From NCBI GenBank assembly GCA_043228905.1, contig JBHGNT010000035.1, positions 1 to 64,000 on the forward strand: a stretch of DNA of 64,000 nucleotides, written 5' to 3'. Under the pieces are notes generated by a model. That model saw nothing but the letters and a program-made list of their open reading frames with translations, had not been told where the DNA came from and searched no databases. Origin of the DNA: Azolla caroliniana (lineage: Eukaryota > Plantae > Polypodiophyta). Of the stretch, positions 21,430 to 36,400 are shown piece after piece. Within the stretch, counting starts at the first letter, position 1, and every line of letters starts with the position of its first letter. Both the position numbers and the translations under genes were made by a program.

Positions 21430-24400
21430 TGTTTGAACACAAAAATCCGATATCACACGAGCCAGGTATGAACATTTTAATTTACCTACTAGATCTTCTC
21501 AACTCCCTCCTCGAATTTGGTAATTTCGTCATGTCTCTTGACCTGAGTTTCAAAATCTTGATTTTTTAATTCCATATCATAACTAGCATTGTTAGCTTCG
21601 ATTCGCATGTTTGAACACAAAAATCCGATATCACACGAGCCAGGTATGAACATTTTAATTTACTCAAGGGCTCCTCTCAACTCCCTGGTCAAGGTTGCTA
21701 ATTTCGTCATGTCTCTCGACCTGAGTTTCAAAATCTTGATTTTTTAATTCCATATCATAGCTAGCGTTGTTACCTTCGATTCGCATGTTTGAACACATAA
21801 ATCCAATATGACACAAGCCAGGTATGAACATTTTAATTTACCTACTAGCTCTTCTCAACTCACTCCTCAAATTTAGTAATTTCGTCATGTCTCTCGACCT
21901 GAGTTTCAAAATCTTGACTTTTTAATTCCATATCATAGCTAGCGTTGTTAGATTCGATTCGCATGTTTGAACACAAAAATCCGATATCACACGAGCCAGG
22001 TAGGAACATTTTAATTTACTCAACAGCTCCTCTCAACTCCCTCCTCAAGTTTGCTATTTTCGTCATGTTTCTCGACCTGAGTTTCAAAATCTTGATTTTT
22101 TAATTCCATATCATAGGTAGCGTTGTTAGCTTCGATTCGCATGTTTGAACACAAAAATCCGATATCACACGAGCCAGGTAGGAACATTTTAATTTACTCA
22201 AGGGCTGCTCTCAACTCCCTCCTCAAGTTTGCTATTTTCGTCATGTCTCTCGACCTGAGTTTCAAAATCTTGATTTTTTAATTCCATATCATAGCTAGCG
22301 TTGTTAGCTTCGATTCGCATGTTTGAACACAAAAATCCGATATCACACGAGCCAGGTATGGACATTTTAATTTACTCAAAGGCTCCTCTCAACTCCCTCC
22401 TCAAGTTTGCTAATTTCTTCATATGTCTCGACCTGAGTTTCAAAATCTTGATTTTTCAATTCCATATCATAGCTAGCGTTGTTAGCTTCGATTCGCATGT
22501 ATGAACACAAAAATCCGATATCATACGAGCCAGGTACGAACATTTTAATTTACTCAAGGGCTCCTCTCAACTCCCTCCTCAAGTTTGCTAATTTCGTCAT
22601 GCCTCTCGACCTGAGTTTCAAAATTTTTATTTTTTAATTCCATATCATAGCTTGCGTTGTTAGCTTCGATTCGCATGTCTGAACACAAAAATCCGATATC
22701 ACACGAGCCAGGCATGAACATTTTAATTTACCTACTAGCTCTTCTCAACTCCCTCCTCGGATTTCGTAATTTCGTCATGTCTCTCGACCTGAATTTCAAA
22801 ATCTTGATTTTTTAATTCCATATCAAAACTAGCGTTGTTAGCTTCGATTCGCATGTTTCAACACAAAAATCCGATATCACACGAGCCAGGTATGAACATT
22901 TTAATTTACTCACGGTCTCCTCTCAACTCCCTCCTCAAGTTTGCTAATTTCTTCATATCTCTCGACTTAAGTTTCAAAATCTTGAGTTTTTAAATCCACA
23001 TCATAGCTAGCGTTGTTAGGTTTGGTTCGCATATTTGAACACAAAAATCCTATATCACACTCGCCAGGTATGAACATTTTAATTTACCTACTAGCTCTTC
23101 TCAACTCACTCCTCAATTTGGTAATTTCGTCATGTCTCTCGACCTGAGTTTCAAAATCTTGATTTTTTAACTCCATATCATAGCTAGCGTTGTTAGATTC
23201 GATTCGCATGTTTGAACACAAAAATCCGATATCACACGAGCCAGGTATGAACATTTTAATTTACCTACTAGCTCTTCTCAACTCACTCCTCGAATTTAGT
23301 AATTTCGTCATGTCTCTCGACCTGAGTTTCAAAATCTTGATTTTTTAATTCCATATCAAAACTAGCGTTGTTAGCTTCGATTCGCATGTTTGAACACATA
23401 AATCCGATATCAGACGAGCTAGGTATGAACATTTTAATTTACTCAAGGGCTCCTCTCAACTCCCTCCTCAAGTTTGCTAATTTCTTCATATCTCTCGACC
23501 TGAGTTTAAAATCTTGAGTTTTTAAATCCACATCATAGCTAGCGTTGTTAGCTTCGATTCGCATATTTGAACACAAAAATCCGATATCACACTCGCCAGG
23601 TATGAATATTTTAATTTACCTACTAGCTCTTCTCAACTCACTCCTCAAATTTGGTAATTTCGTCATGTCTCTCGACCTGAGTTTCAAAATCTTGATTTTT
23701 TAACTCCATATCATTGCTAGCGTTTGTAGATTCGATTCACATGTTTGAACACAAAAATCCGATATCACACGAGCCAGGTAGGAACATTTTAATTTACTCT
23801 AGGGGTCCTCACAACTCCCTCTTCAAGTTTGCTAATTTCGTCATGTCTCTCGATGTGAGTTTCAAAATCTTGATTTTTTAATTCCATATCGTAGCTAGCG
23901 TTGTTAGATTCGATTCGCATGTTTGAACACAAAAATCCGATTTCACACGAGCCAAGTATGGACATTTTAGTTTACTCAAGGGCTCCTCTCAACTCCCTCC
24001 TCAAGTTTGTTAATTTCTTCATATCTCTCGACATGAGTTTCAAAATCTTGAGTTTTTAAATCCACATCATAGCTAGCGTTCTTAGCTTCGATTCGCATGT
24101 TTGAATACAAAAATCCGATATCACACTCGCCAGGTATGAACATTTAAATTTACCTACCTACTCTTCTCAACTCCCTCCTCAAATTTGGTAATTTCGTCAT
24201 ATCTCTCGACCTAAGTTTGAAAATCTTGATTTTTTAATTCCTTATTATAGCTAGCGTTGTTAGCTTCGATTCGAATGTTTGAACACATAAATCCGATCTG
24301 ACACTCGCCAGGTATGAACATTTAAATTTACCTATTAGCTCTTCTCAACTCACTCCTCAAATTTGGTAATCTCCTCATGTCTCTCGACCTGAGTTTCAAA

Positions 24401-27400
24401 ATCTTGACTTTTTAATTCCATATCATAGCTAGCGTTGTTAGATTTGATTCGCATATTTGAACACAAAAATCCGATATCACACGAGCCAGGTAGGAACATT
24501 TTAATTTACTCAAGGGCTCCTCTCAACTCCCTCCTCAAGTTTGCTATTTTCGTCATGTCTCTCGACCTGAGTTTCAAAATCTTGATTTTTTAATTCCATA
24601 TCATAGATAGCGTTGTTAGATTCGATTCACATGTTTGAACAGAAAAATCCGATATCACACGAGCCAGGTATGAACATTTTAATTTACCTACTAGCTCCTC
24701 TCAACTCCCTCCTCAAGTTTGCTATTTTCGTCATGTCTCTCGACCTGAGTTTCAAAATCTTGATTTTTGAATTCCATATCATAGCTAGCGTAGTTAGCTT
24801 CGATTCGCATGTTTGAAAACATAAATCCGATATGACACGAGCCAGGTATGAACATTTTAATTTACCTGCTAGCTATTCTCATCTCACTCCCCAAATTTAG
24901 TAGTTTCGTCACGTCTCTCGACCTGAGTTTCAAAATCTTGATTTTTTAATTCCATATCATAGCTAGCATTGTTAGCTTCGATTCGCATGTTTGAACACAA
25001 AAACCCGATATCACACTCGCCAGGAATGAACATTTTAATTTACGTACTAGCTCTTCTCAACTCACTCCTCAAATTTGGTAATTTCGTCATGTCTCTCGAC
25101 CTGAGTTTGAAAATCTTGATTTTTTAATTCCATATCATAGCTAGCGTTGTTAGCTTCGATTCGCATGTTTGAACACAAAAATCCGATATCTCACGAGCCA
25201 GGTAGGAACATTTTAATTTACTCAAGGGCTCCTCTCAACTCCCTCCTCAAGTTTGCTAATTTCGTCATGTCTCTCGACCTGAGTTTCAAAATCTTGATTT
25301 TTTAATTCCATATCATAGCTAGCGTAGTTAGCTTCGATTCACATGTTTGAACACATAAATCCGATATGACACGAGCCAGGTATGAACCTTTTAATTTACC
25401 TGCTAGCTCTTCTCAACTCAGTCCCCAAATTTAGTAGTTTCGTCATGTCTCTCGACCTGAGTTTCAAAATCTTGATTTTTTAATTCCATATCATAGCTAG
25501 CGTTGTTAGCTTCGATTCGCATGTTTGAACACAAAAACCCGATATCACACCTGCCAAGTATGAATATTTTAATTTACCTACTAGCTCTTCTCAACTCACT
25601 CCTCAAATTTGGTAATTTCGTCATGTCTCTCGACCTGAGTTTGAAAATCTTGATTTTTTAATTCCATATCATAGCTAGCGTTGTTAGCTTCGATTCGCAT
25701 ATTTGACCACAAAAATCCGATATCACACGAGCCAGGTAGGAACATTTTAATTTACTCAAGGGCTCCTCTCAACTCCCTCCTCAAGTTTGCTAATTTCGTC
25801 ATGTCTCTTGACTTGAGTTTCAAAATCTTGATTTTTTTATTCATATCATAGCTAGCGTTATTAGCTTCGATTCGCATGTTTGAACACAAAAATCCGATAT
25901 CACACTCGCCAGGTATGAACATTTTAATTTACCTAGTAGCTCTTCTCAACTCACTCCTCAAATTTGGTAATTTCGTCATGTCTCTCGACCTGAGTTTCAA
26001 AATCTTGATTTTTTAATTCTATATCATAAGTAGCATTGTTAGCTTCGATTCGCATGTTTGAACACAAAAATCCGATATCACACGAGCCAGGTATGAACAT
26101 TTTAATTTACTCAAGGGCTCCTTTGAACTCCCTGGTCAAGGTTGCTAATTTCGTCATGTTTCTCGACCTCAGTTTCAAAACGTTGTTTTTTAATTCCATA
26201 TCATAGCTAGCGTTGTTACCTTCGATTCGCATGTTTGAACACATAAATCCAATATGACACAAGCCAGGTATGAACATTTTAATTTACCTACTAGCTCTTC
26301 TCAACTCACTCCTCAAATTTGGTAATTTCGTCATGTCTCTCGACCTGAGTTTCAAAATCTTGACTTTTTAATTCCATATGATAGCTAGCGTTGTTAGATT
26401 CGATTCGCATGTTTGAACACAAAAATCCGATATCACACGAGCCAGGTATGAACATTTTAATTTACTCAAGGGCTCCTCTCAACTCCCTCCTCAAGTTTGC
26501 TAATTTCTTCATATCTCTCGACCTAAGTTTAAAATCTTGAGTTTTTAAATCCACATCATAGCTAGCGTTGTTAGCTTCGATTCGCATATTTGAACACAAA
26601 AATCCGATATCACACTCACCAGGTATGAATATTTTAATTTACCTACTAGCTCTTCTCAACTCACTCCTCAAATTTGGTAATTTCGTCATGTCTCTCGACC
26701 TGAGTTTCAAAATCTTGATTTTTTAACTCCATATCATTGCTAGCGTTGTTAGATTCGATTCACATGTTTGAACACAAAAATCCGATATCACACGAGCCAG
26801 GTAGGAACATTTTAATTTACTCTAGGGGTCCTCACAACTCCCTCTTCAAGTTTGCTAATTTCGTCATGTCTCTCGATGTGAGTTTCAAAATCTTGATTTT
26901 TTAATCCCATATCATAGCTAGCGTTGTTAGATTCGATTCGCATGTTTGAACACAAAAATCCGATTTCACACGAGCCAGGTATGGACATTTTAGTTTACTC
27001 AAGGGCTCCTCTCAACTCCCTCCTCAAGTTTGTTAATTTCTTCATATCTCTCGACCTGAGTTTCAAAATCATGAGTTTTTAAATCCACATCATAGCTAGC
27101 GTTCTTAGCTTCGATTCGCATGTTTGAATACAAAAATCCGATATCACACTCGCCAGGTATGAACATTTAAATTTACCTACCTACTCTTCTCAACTCCCTC
27201 CTCAAATTTGGTAATTTCGTTATGTCTCTCGACCTAATTTCTCAAATCTTGATTTTTGAAATCCATATCATAGCTAGCGTAGTTAGCTTCGATTCGCATG
27301 TTTGAACACATAAATCCGATATGACACGAGCCAGGTATGAACATTTTAATTTACCTGCTAGCTATTCTCATCTCACTCCCCAAATTTAGTAGTTTCGTCA

Positions 27401-30400
27401 TGTCTCTCGACCTGAGTTTCAAAATCTTGATTTTTTAATTCCATATCATAGCTAGCATTGTTAGCTTCGATTCGCATGTTTGAACACAAAAACCCGATAT
27501 CACACTCGCCAGGTATGAACATTTTAATTTACGTACTAGCTCTTCTCAACTCACTCCTCAAATTTGGTAATTTCGTCATGTCTCTCGACCTGAGTTTGAA
27601 AATCTTGATTTTTTAATTCCATATCATAGCTAGCGTTGTTAGCTTCGATTCGCATGTTTGAACACAAAAATCCGATATCTCACGAGCCAGGTAGGAACAT
27701 TTTAATTTACTCAAGGGCTCCTCTCAACTCCCTCCTCAAGTTTGCTAATTTCGTCATGTCTCTCGACCTGAGTTTCAAAATCTTGATTTTTTAATTCCAT
27801 ATCATAGCTAGCGTAGTTAGCTTCGATTCACATGTTTGAACACATAAATCCGATATGACACGAGCCAGGTATGAACCTTTTAATTTACCTGCTAGCTCTT
27901 CTCAACTCAGTCCCCAAATTTAGTAGTTTCGTCATGTCTCTCGACCTGAGTTTCAAAATCTTGATTTTTTAATTCCATATCATAGCTAGCGTTGTTAGCT
28001 TCGATTCGCATGTTTGAACACAAAAACCCGATATCACACCTGCCAAGTATGAATATTTTAATTTACCTACTAGCTCTTCTCAACTCACTCCTCAAATTTG
28101 GTAATTTCGTCATGTCTCTCGACCTGAGTTTGAAAATCTTGATTTTATAATTCCATATCATAGCTAGCGTTGTTAGCTTCGATTCGCATATTTGACCACA
28201 AAAATCCGATATCACACGAGCCAGGTAGGAACATTTTAATTTACTCAAGGGCTCCTCTCAACTCCCTCCTCAAGTTTGCTAATTTCGTCATGTCTCTTGA
28301 CTTGAGTTTCAAAATCTTGATTTTTTTATTCATATCATAGCTAGCGTTATTAGCTTCGATTCGCATGTTTGAACACAAAAATCCAATATCACACTCGCCA
28401 GGTATGAACATTTTAATTTACCTAGTAGCTCTTCTCAACTCACTCCTCAAATTTGGTAATTTCGTCATGTCTCTCGACCTGAGTTTCAAAATCTTGATTT
28501 TTTAATTCTATATCATAAGTAGCATTGTTAGCTTCGATTCCCATGTTTGAACACAAAAATCCGATATCACACGAGCCAGGTATGAACATTTTAATTTACT
28601 CAAGGGCTCCTTTGAACTCCCTGGTCAAGGTTGCTAATTTCGTCATGTTTCTCGACCTCAGTTTCAAAACGTTGTTTTTTAATTCCATATCATAGCTAGC
28701 GTTGTTACCTTCGATTCGCATGTTTGAACACATAAATCCAATATGACACAAGCCAGGTATGAACATTTTAATTTACCTACTAGCTCTTCTCAACTCACTC
28801 CTCAAATTTGGTAATTTCGTCATGTCTCTCGACCTGAGTTTCAAAATCTTGACTTTTTAATTCCATATGATAGCTAGCGTTGTTAGATTCGATTCGCATG
28901 TTTGAACACAAAAATCCGATATCACACGAGCCAGGTATGAACATTTTAATTTACTCAAGGGCTCCTCTCAACTCCCTCCTCAAGTTTGCTAATTTCTTCA
29001 TATCTCTCGACCTAAGTTTAAAATCTTGAGTTTTTAAATCCACATCATAGCTAGCGTTGTTAGCTTCGATTCGCATATTTGAACACAAAAATCCGATATC
29101 ACACTCACCAGGTATGAATATTTTAATTTACCTACTAGCTCTTCTCAACTCCCTCCTCAAGTTTGGTAATTTCGTCATGTCTCTCGACCTGAGTTTCAAA
29201 ATCTTGATTTTATAATTCCATATCATAGCTAGCGTTGTTAGCTTCGATTCGCATATTTGACCACAAAAATCCGATATCACACGAGCCAGGTAGGAACATT
29301 TTAATTTACTCAAGGGCTCCTCTCAACTCCCTCCTCAAGTTTGCTAATTTCGTCATGTCTCTTGACTTGAGTTTCAAAATCTTGATTTTTTTATTCATAT
29401 CATAGCTAGCGTTATTAGCTTCGATTCGCATGTTTGAACACAAAAATCCAATATCACACTCGCCAGGTATGAACATTTTAATTTACCTAGTAGCTCTTCT
29501 CAACTCACTCCTCAAATTTGGTAATTTCGTCATGTCTCTCGACCTGAGTTTCAAAATCTTGATTTTTTAATTCTATATCATAAGTAGCATTGTTAGCTTC
29601 GATTCCCATGTTTGAACACAAAAATCCGATATCACACGAGCCAGGTATGAACATTTTAATTTACTCAAGGGCTCCTTTGAACTCCCTGGTCAAGGTTGCT
29701 AATTTCGTCATGTTTCTCGACCTGAGTTTCAAAATCTTGTTTTTTAATTCCATATCATAGCTAGCGTTGTTACCTTCGATTCGCATGTTTGAACACATAA
29801 ATCCAATATGACACAAGCCAGGTATGAACATTTTAATTTACCTACTAGCTCTTCTCAACTCACTCCTCAAATTTGGTAATTTCGTCATGTCTCTCGACCT
29901 GAGTTTCAAAATCTTGACTTTTTAATTCCATATCATAGCTAGCGTTGTTAGATTCGATTCGCATGTTTGAACACAAAAATCCGATATCACACGAGCCAGG
30001 TATGAACATTTTAATTTACTCAACAGCTCCTCTCAACTCCCTCCTCAAGTTTGCTATTTTCGTCATGTTTCTCGACCTGAGTTTCAAAATCTTGATTTTT
30101 TAATTCCATATCATAGGTAGCGTTGTTAGCTTCGATTCGCATGTTTGAACACAAAAATCCGATATCACACGAGCCAGGCAGGAACATTTTAATTTACTGA
30201 AGGGCTCCTCTCAACTCCCTCCTCAAGTTTGCTATTTTCGTCATGTCTCTCGACCTGAGTTTCAAAATCTTGATTTTTTAATTCCATATCATAGCTAGCG
30301 TTGTTAGATTCGATTCGCATGTTTGAACACAAAAATCCGATATCACACGAGCTAGGTAGGAACATTTTAATTTAATCTAGGGGTCTTCTCAACTCCCTCT

Positions 30401-33400
30401 TCAAGTTTGCTAATTTCGTCATGTCTGTCGACTTTAGTTTCAAAATCTTGATTTTATAATTCCATATCATAGGTAGCGTTGTTAGCTTCGATTCGCATGT
30501 TTGAACACAAAAATCCGATATGACACGAGCCAGGTATGAACATTTTAATTTACCTTATAGCTCTTCTCAAATCACTCCTCATATTTTGTAATTTCGTCAT
30601 GTCTCTCGTCCTGAGTTTCAAAATCCTGATTTTTTAATTCTATATCATAGCTAGCGTTGTTAGCTTCGATTCGCATGTTTGAACACAAAAATCCGATATC
30701 ACACGAGCCAGGTATGGACATTTTAATTTACTCAAGGGCTCCTCTCAACTCCCTCCTCAAGTTTGCTAATTTCTTCATATCTCTCGACCTGAGTTTCAAA
30801 ATCTTGATTTTATAATTCCATATCATAGCTAGCGTTGTTAGCTTCGATTCGCATGTTTGAACATGAAAATCCGATATCATACGAGCCAGGTACGAATATT
30901 TTAATTTACTCAAGGGCTCCTCTCAACTCCCTCCTCAAGTTTGCTAATTTCGTCATGCCTCTTGACCTGAGTTTCAAAATCTTGATTTTTTAATTCCATA
31001 TCATAGCTAGCGTTGTTACCTTCGATTCGCATGTTTGAACACATAAATCCAATATGACACAAGCCAGGTATGAACATTTTAATTTACCTACTAGCTCTTC
31101 TCAACTCACTCCTCAAATTTGGTAATTTCGTCATGTCTCTCGACCTGAGTTTCAAAATCTTGACTTTTTAATTCCATATCATAGCTAGCGTTGTTAGATT
31201 CGATTCGCATGTTTGAACACAAAAATCCGATATCACACGAGCCAGGTATGAACATTTTAATTTACTCAACAGCTGCTCTCAACTCCCTCCTCAAGTTTGC
31301 TATTTTCGTCATGTCTCTCGACCTGAGTTTCAAAATCTTAATTTTTTAATTCCATATCATAGGTAACGTTGTTAGCTTCGATTCGCATGTTTGAACACAA
31401 AAATCCGATATCACACGAGCCAGGTAGGAACATTTTAATTTACTGAAGGGCTCCTCTCAACTCCCTCCTCAAGTTTGCTATTTTCGTCATGTCTCTCGAC
31501 CTGAGTTTCAAAATCTTGATTTTGTAATTCCATATCATAGCTAGCGTTGTTAGCGTCGATTCGCATGTTTGAACACAAAAATCCGATATGACACGAGCAA
31601 GGTATGAACATTTTAATTTACCTTATAGCTCTTCTCAACTCACTCCTCATATTTTGTAATTTCGTCATGTCTCTCGACCTGAGTTTCAAAATCTTGATTT
31701 TTTAATTCTATATCATAGCTAGTGTTGTTAGCTTCGATTCGCATGTTTGAACACAAAAATCCGATATCACACGAGCCAGGTATGAACATTTTAATTTACT
31801 CAAGGGCTCCTCTGAACTCCCTGGTCAAGGTTGCTAATTTCGTCATGTCTCTCGACCTGAGTTTCAAAATCTTGATTTTTTAATTCCATATCATAGCTAG
31901 CATTGTTACCTTCGATTCGCATGTTTGAACACATAAATCCAATATGACACAAGCCAGGTATGAACATTTTAATTTACCTACTAGCTCTTCTCAACTCACT
32001 CCTCAAATTTGGTAATTTCGTCATGTCTCTCGACCTGAGTTTCAAAATCTTGATTTTTTAATTCTATATCATAGCTAGTGTTGTTAGCTTCGATTCGCAT
32101 GTTTGAACACAAAAATCCGATATCACACGAGCCAGGTATGAACATTTTAATTTACTCAAGGGCTCCTCTGAACTCCCTGGTCAAGGTTGCTAATTTCGTC
32201 ATGTCTCTCGACCTGAGTTTCAAAATCTTGATTTTTTAATTCCATATCATAGCTAGCATTGTTACCTTCTATTCGCATGTTTGAACACATAAATCCAATA
32301 TGACACAAGCCAGGTATGAACATTTTAATTTACCTACTAGCTCTTCTCAACTCACTCCTCAAATTTGGTAATTTCGTCATGTCTCTCGACCTGAGTTTCA
32401 AAATCTTGAATTTTTAATTCCATATTATAGCTAGCGTTGTTAGATTCGATTCGCATGTTTGAACACAAAAATCCGATATCAGACGAGCCAGGTAGGAACA
32501 TTTTAATTTACTCAACAACTCCTCTCAACTCCCTCCTCAAGTTTGCTATTTTCGTCATGTTTCTCGACCTGAGTTTCAAAATCTTGATTTTTTAATTCCA
32601 TATCATAGGTAGCGTTGTTAGCTTCGATTCCCATGTTTGAACACAAAATTCCGATATCACACGAGCCAGGTAGGAACATTTTAATTTACTGAAGGGCTCC
32701 TCTCAACTCCCTCCTCAAGTTTGCTAATTTCGTCATGTCTCTCGACCTGAGTTTCAAAATCTTGATTTTTTAATTCCATATCATAGCTAGCGTTGTTAGA
32801 TTCGATTCGCATGTTTGAACACAAAAATCCGATATCACACGAGCTAGGTAGGAACATTTTAATTTAATCTAGGGGTCTTCTCAACTCCCTCTTCAAGTTT
32901 GCTAATTTCGTCATGTTTGTCGACCTTAGTTTCAAAATCTTGATTTTATAATTCCATATCATAGGTAGCGTTGTTAGGTTCGATTCGCATGTTTGAACAC
33001 AAAAATCCGATATGACACGAGCCAGGTATGAACATTTTAATTTACCTAATAGCTCTTCTCAACTCACTCCTCATATTTTGTAATTTCGTCATGTCTCTCG
33101 TCCTGAGTTTCAAAATCCTGATTTTTTAATTCCATATCATAGCTAGCGTTGTTAGATTCGATTCGCATGTTTTAACACAAAAATCCGATATCACACGAGC
33201 CAGGTATGAACATTTTAATTTACTCAACAGCTCCTCTCAACTCCCTCCTCAAGTTTGCTATTTTCGTCATGTTTCTCGACCTGAGTTTCAAAATCTTAAT
33301 TTTTTAATTCCATATCATAGGTAACGTTGTTAGCTTCGATTCGCATGTTTGAACACAAAAATCCGATATCACACGAGCCAGGTAGGAACATTTTAATTTA

Positions 33401-36400
33401 CTGAAGGGCTCCTCTCAACTCCCTCCTCAAGTTTGCTATTTTCGTCATGTCTCTCGACCTGAGTTTCAAAATCTTGATTTTGTAATTCCATATCATAGCT
33501 AGCGTTGTTAGCGTCGATTCGCATGTTTGAACACAAAAATCCGATATGACACGAGCAAGGTATGAACATTTTAATTTACCTTATAGCTCTTCTCAACTCA
33601 CTCCTCATATTTTGTAATTTCGTCATGTCTCTCGACCTGAGTTTCAAAATCTTGATTTTTTAATTCTATATCATAGCTAGTGTTGTTAGCTTCGATTCGC
33701 ATGTTTGAACACAAAAATCCGATATCACACGAGCCAGGTATGAACATTTTAATTTACTCAAGGGCTCCTCTGAACTCCCTGGTCAAGGTTGCTAATTTCG
33801 TCATGTCTCTCGACCTGAGTTTCAAAATCTTGATTTTTTAATTCCATATCATAGCTAGCATTGTTACCTTCGATTCGCATGTTTGAACACATAAATCCAA
33901 TATGACACAAGCCAGGTATGAACATTTTAATTTACCTACTAGCTCTTCTCAACTCACTCCTCAAATTTGGTAATTTCGTCATGTCTCTCGACCTGAGTTT
34001 CAAAATCTTGATTTTTTAATTCTATATCATAGCTAGTGTTGTTAGCTTCGATTCGCATGTTTGAACACAAAAATCCGATATCACACGAGCCAGGTATGAA
34101 CATTTTAATTTACTCAAGGGCTCCTCTGAACTCCCTGGTCAAGGTTGCTAATTTCGTCATGTCTCTCGACCTGAGTTTCAAAATCTTGATTTTTTAATTC
34201 CATATCATAGCTAGCATTGTTACCTTCTATTCGCATGTTTGAACACATAAATCCAATATGACACAAGCCAGGTATGAACATTTTAATTTACCTACTAGCT
34301 CTTCTCAACTCACTCCTCAAATTTGGTAATTTCGTCATGTCTCTCGACCTGAGTTTCAAAATCTTGAATTTTTAATTCCATATTATAGCTAGCGTTGTTA
34401 GATTCGATTCGCATGTTTGAACACAAAAATCCGATATCAGACGAGCCAGGTAGGAACATTTTAATTTACTCAACAACTCCTCTCAACTCCCTCCTCAAGT
34501 TTGCTATTTTCGTCATGTTTCTCGACCTGAGTTTCAAAATCTTGATTTTTTAATTCCATATCATAGGTAGCGTTGTTAGCTTCGATTCCCATGTTTGAAC
34601 ACAAAATTCCGATATCACACGAGCCAGGTAGGAACATTTTAATTTACTGAAGGGCTCCTCTCAACTCCCTCCTCAAGTTTGCTAATTTCGTCATGTCTCT
34701 CGACCTGAGTTTCAAAATCTTGATTTTTTAATTCCATATCATAGCTAGCGTTGTTAGATTCGATTCGCATGTTTGAACACAAAAATCCGATATCACACGA
34801 GCTAGGTAGGAACATTTTAATTTAATCTAGGGGTCTTCTCAACTCCCTCTTCAAGTTTGCTAATTTCGTCATGTTTGTCGACCTTAGTTTCAAAATCTTG
34901 ATTTTATAATTCCATATCATAGGTAGCGTTGTTAGGTTCGATTCGCATGTTTGAACACAAAAATCCGATATGACACGAGCCAGGTATGAACATTTTAATT
35001 TACCTAATAGCTCTTCTCAACTCACTCCTCATATTTTGTAATTTCGTCATGTCTCTCGTCCTGAGTTTCAAAATCCTGATTTTTTAATTCCATATCATAG
35101 CTAGCGTTGTTAGATTCGATTCGCATGTTTTAACACAAAAATCCGATATCACACGAGCCAGGTATGAACATTTTAATTTACTCAACAGCTCCTCTCAACT
35201 CCCTCCTCAAGTTTGCTATTTTCGTCATGTTTCTCGACCTGAGTTTCAAAATCTTAATTTTTTAATTCCATATCATAGGTAACGTTGTTAGCTTCGATTC
35301 GCATGTTTGAACACAAAAATCCGATATCACACGAGCCAGGTAGGAACATTTTAATTTACTGAAGGGCTCCTCTCAACTCCCTCCTCAAGTTTGCTATTTT
35401 CGTCATGTCTCTCGACCTGAGTTTCAAAATCTTGATTTTATAATTCCATATCATAGCTAGCGTTGTTAGCTTCGATTCGCATGTTTGAACATGAAAATCC
35501 GATATCATACGAGCCAGGTACGAATATTTTAATTTACTCAAGGGCTCCTCTCAACTCCCTCCTCAAGTTTGCTAATTTCGTCATGCCTCTTGACCTGAGT
35601 TTCAAAATCTTGATTTTTTAATTCCATATCATAGCTAGCGTTGTTACCTTCGATTCGCATGTTTGAACACATAAATCCAATATGACACAAGCCAGGTATG
35701 AACATTTTAATTTACCTACTAGCTCTTCTCAACTCACTCCTCAAATTTGGTAATTTCGTCATGTCTCTCGACCTGAGTTTCAAAATCTTGACTTTTTAAT
35801 TCCATATCATAGCTAGCGTTGTTAGATTCGATTCGCATGTTTGAACACAAAAATCCGATATCACACGAGCCAGGTATGAACATTTTAATTTACTCAACAG
35901 CTGCTCTCAACTCCCTCCTCAAGTTTGCTATTTTCGTCATGTCTCTCGACCTGAGTTTCAAAATCTTAATTTTTTAATTCCATATCATAGGTAACGTTGT
36001 TAGCTTCGATTCGCATGTTTGAACACAAAAATCCGATATCACACGAGCCAGGTAGGAACATTTTAATTTACTGAAGGGCTCCTCTCAACTCCCTCCTCAA
36101 GTTTGCTATTTTCGTCATGTCTCTCGACCTGAGTTTCAAAATCTTGATTTTGTAATTCCATATCATAGCTAGCGTTGTTAGCGTCGATTCGCATGTTTGA
36201 ACACAAAAATCCGATATGACACGAGCAAGGTATGAACATTTTAATTTACCTTATAGCTCTTCTCAACTCACTCCTCATATTTTGTAATTTCGTCATGTCT
36301 CTCGACCTGAGTTTCAAAATCTTGATTTTTTAATTCTATATCATAGCTAGTGTTGTTAGCTTCGATTCGCATGTTTGAACACAAAAATCCGATATCACAC

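Noticed and set aside
21430-21475. Satellite-derived ATG as the true start of PLE ORF1
   Set aside because: These codons are ordinary satellite sequence in frame by chance after 5' truncation; there is no evidence of expression.
22290-22320. tRNA/Pol III A- and B-box-like motif (TAGCTAGCGTTGTTAG..TTCGATTC) in the monomer
   Set aside because: The boxes are degenerate and almost adjacent, far closer than in tRNA genes or SINEs, and no cloverleaf is evident.
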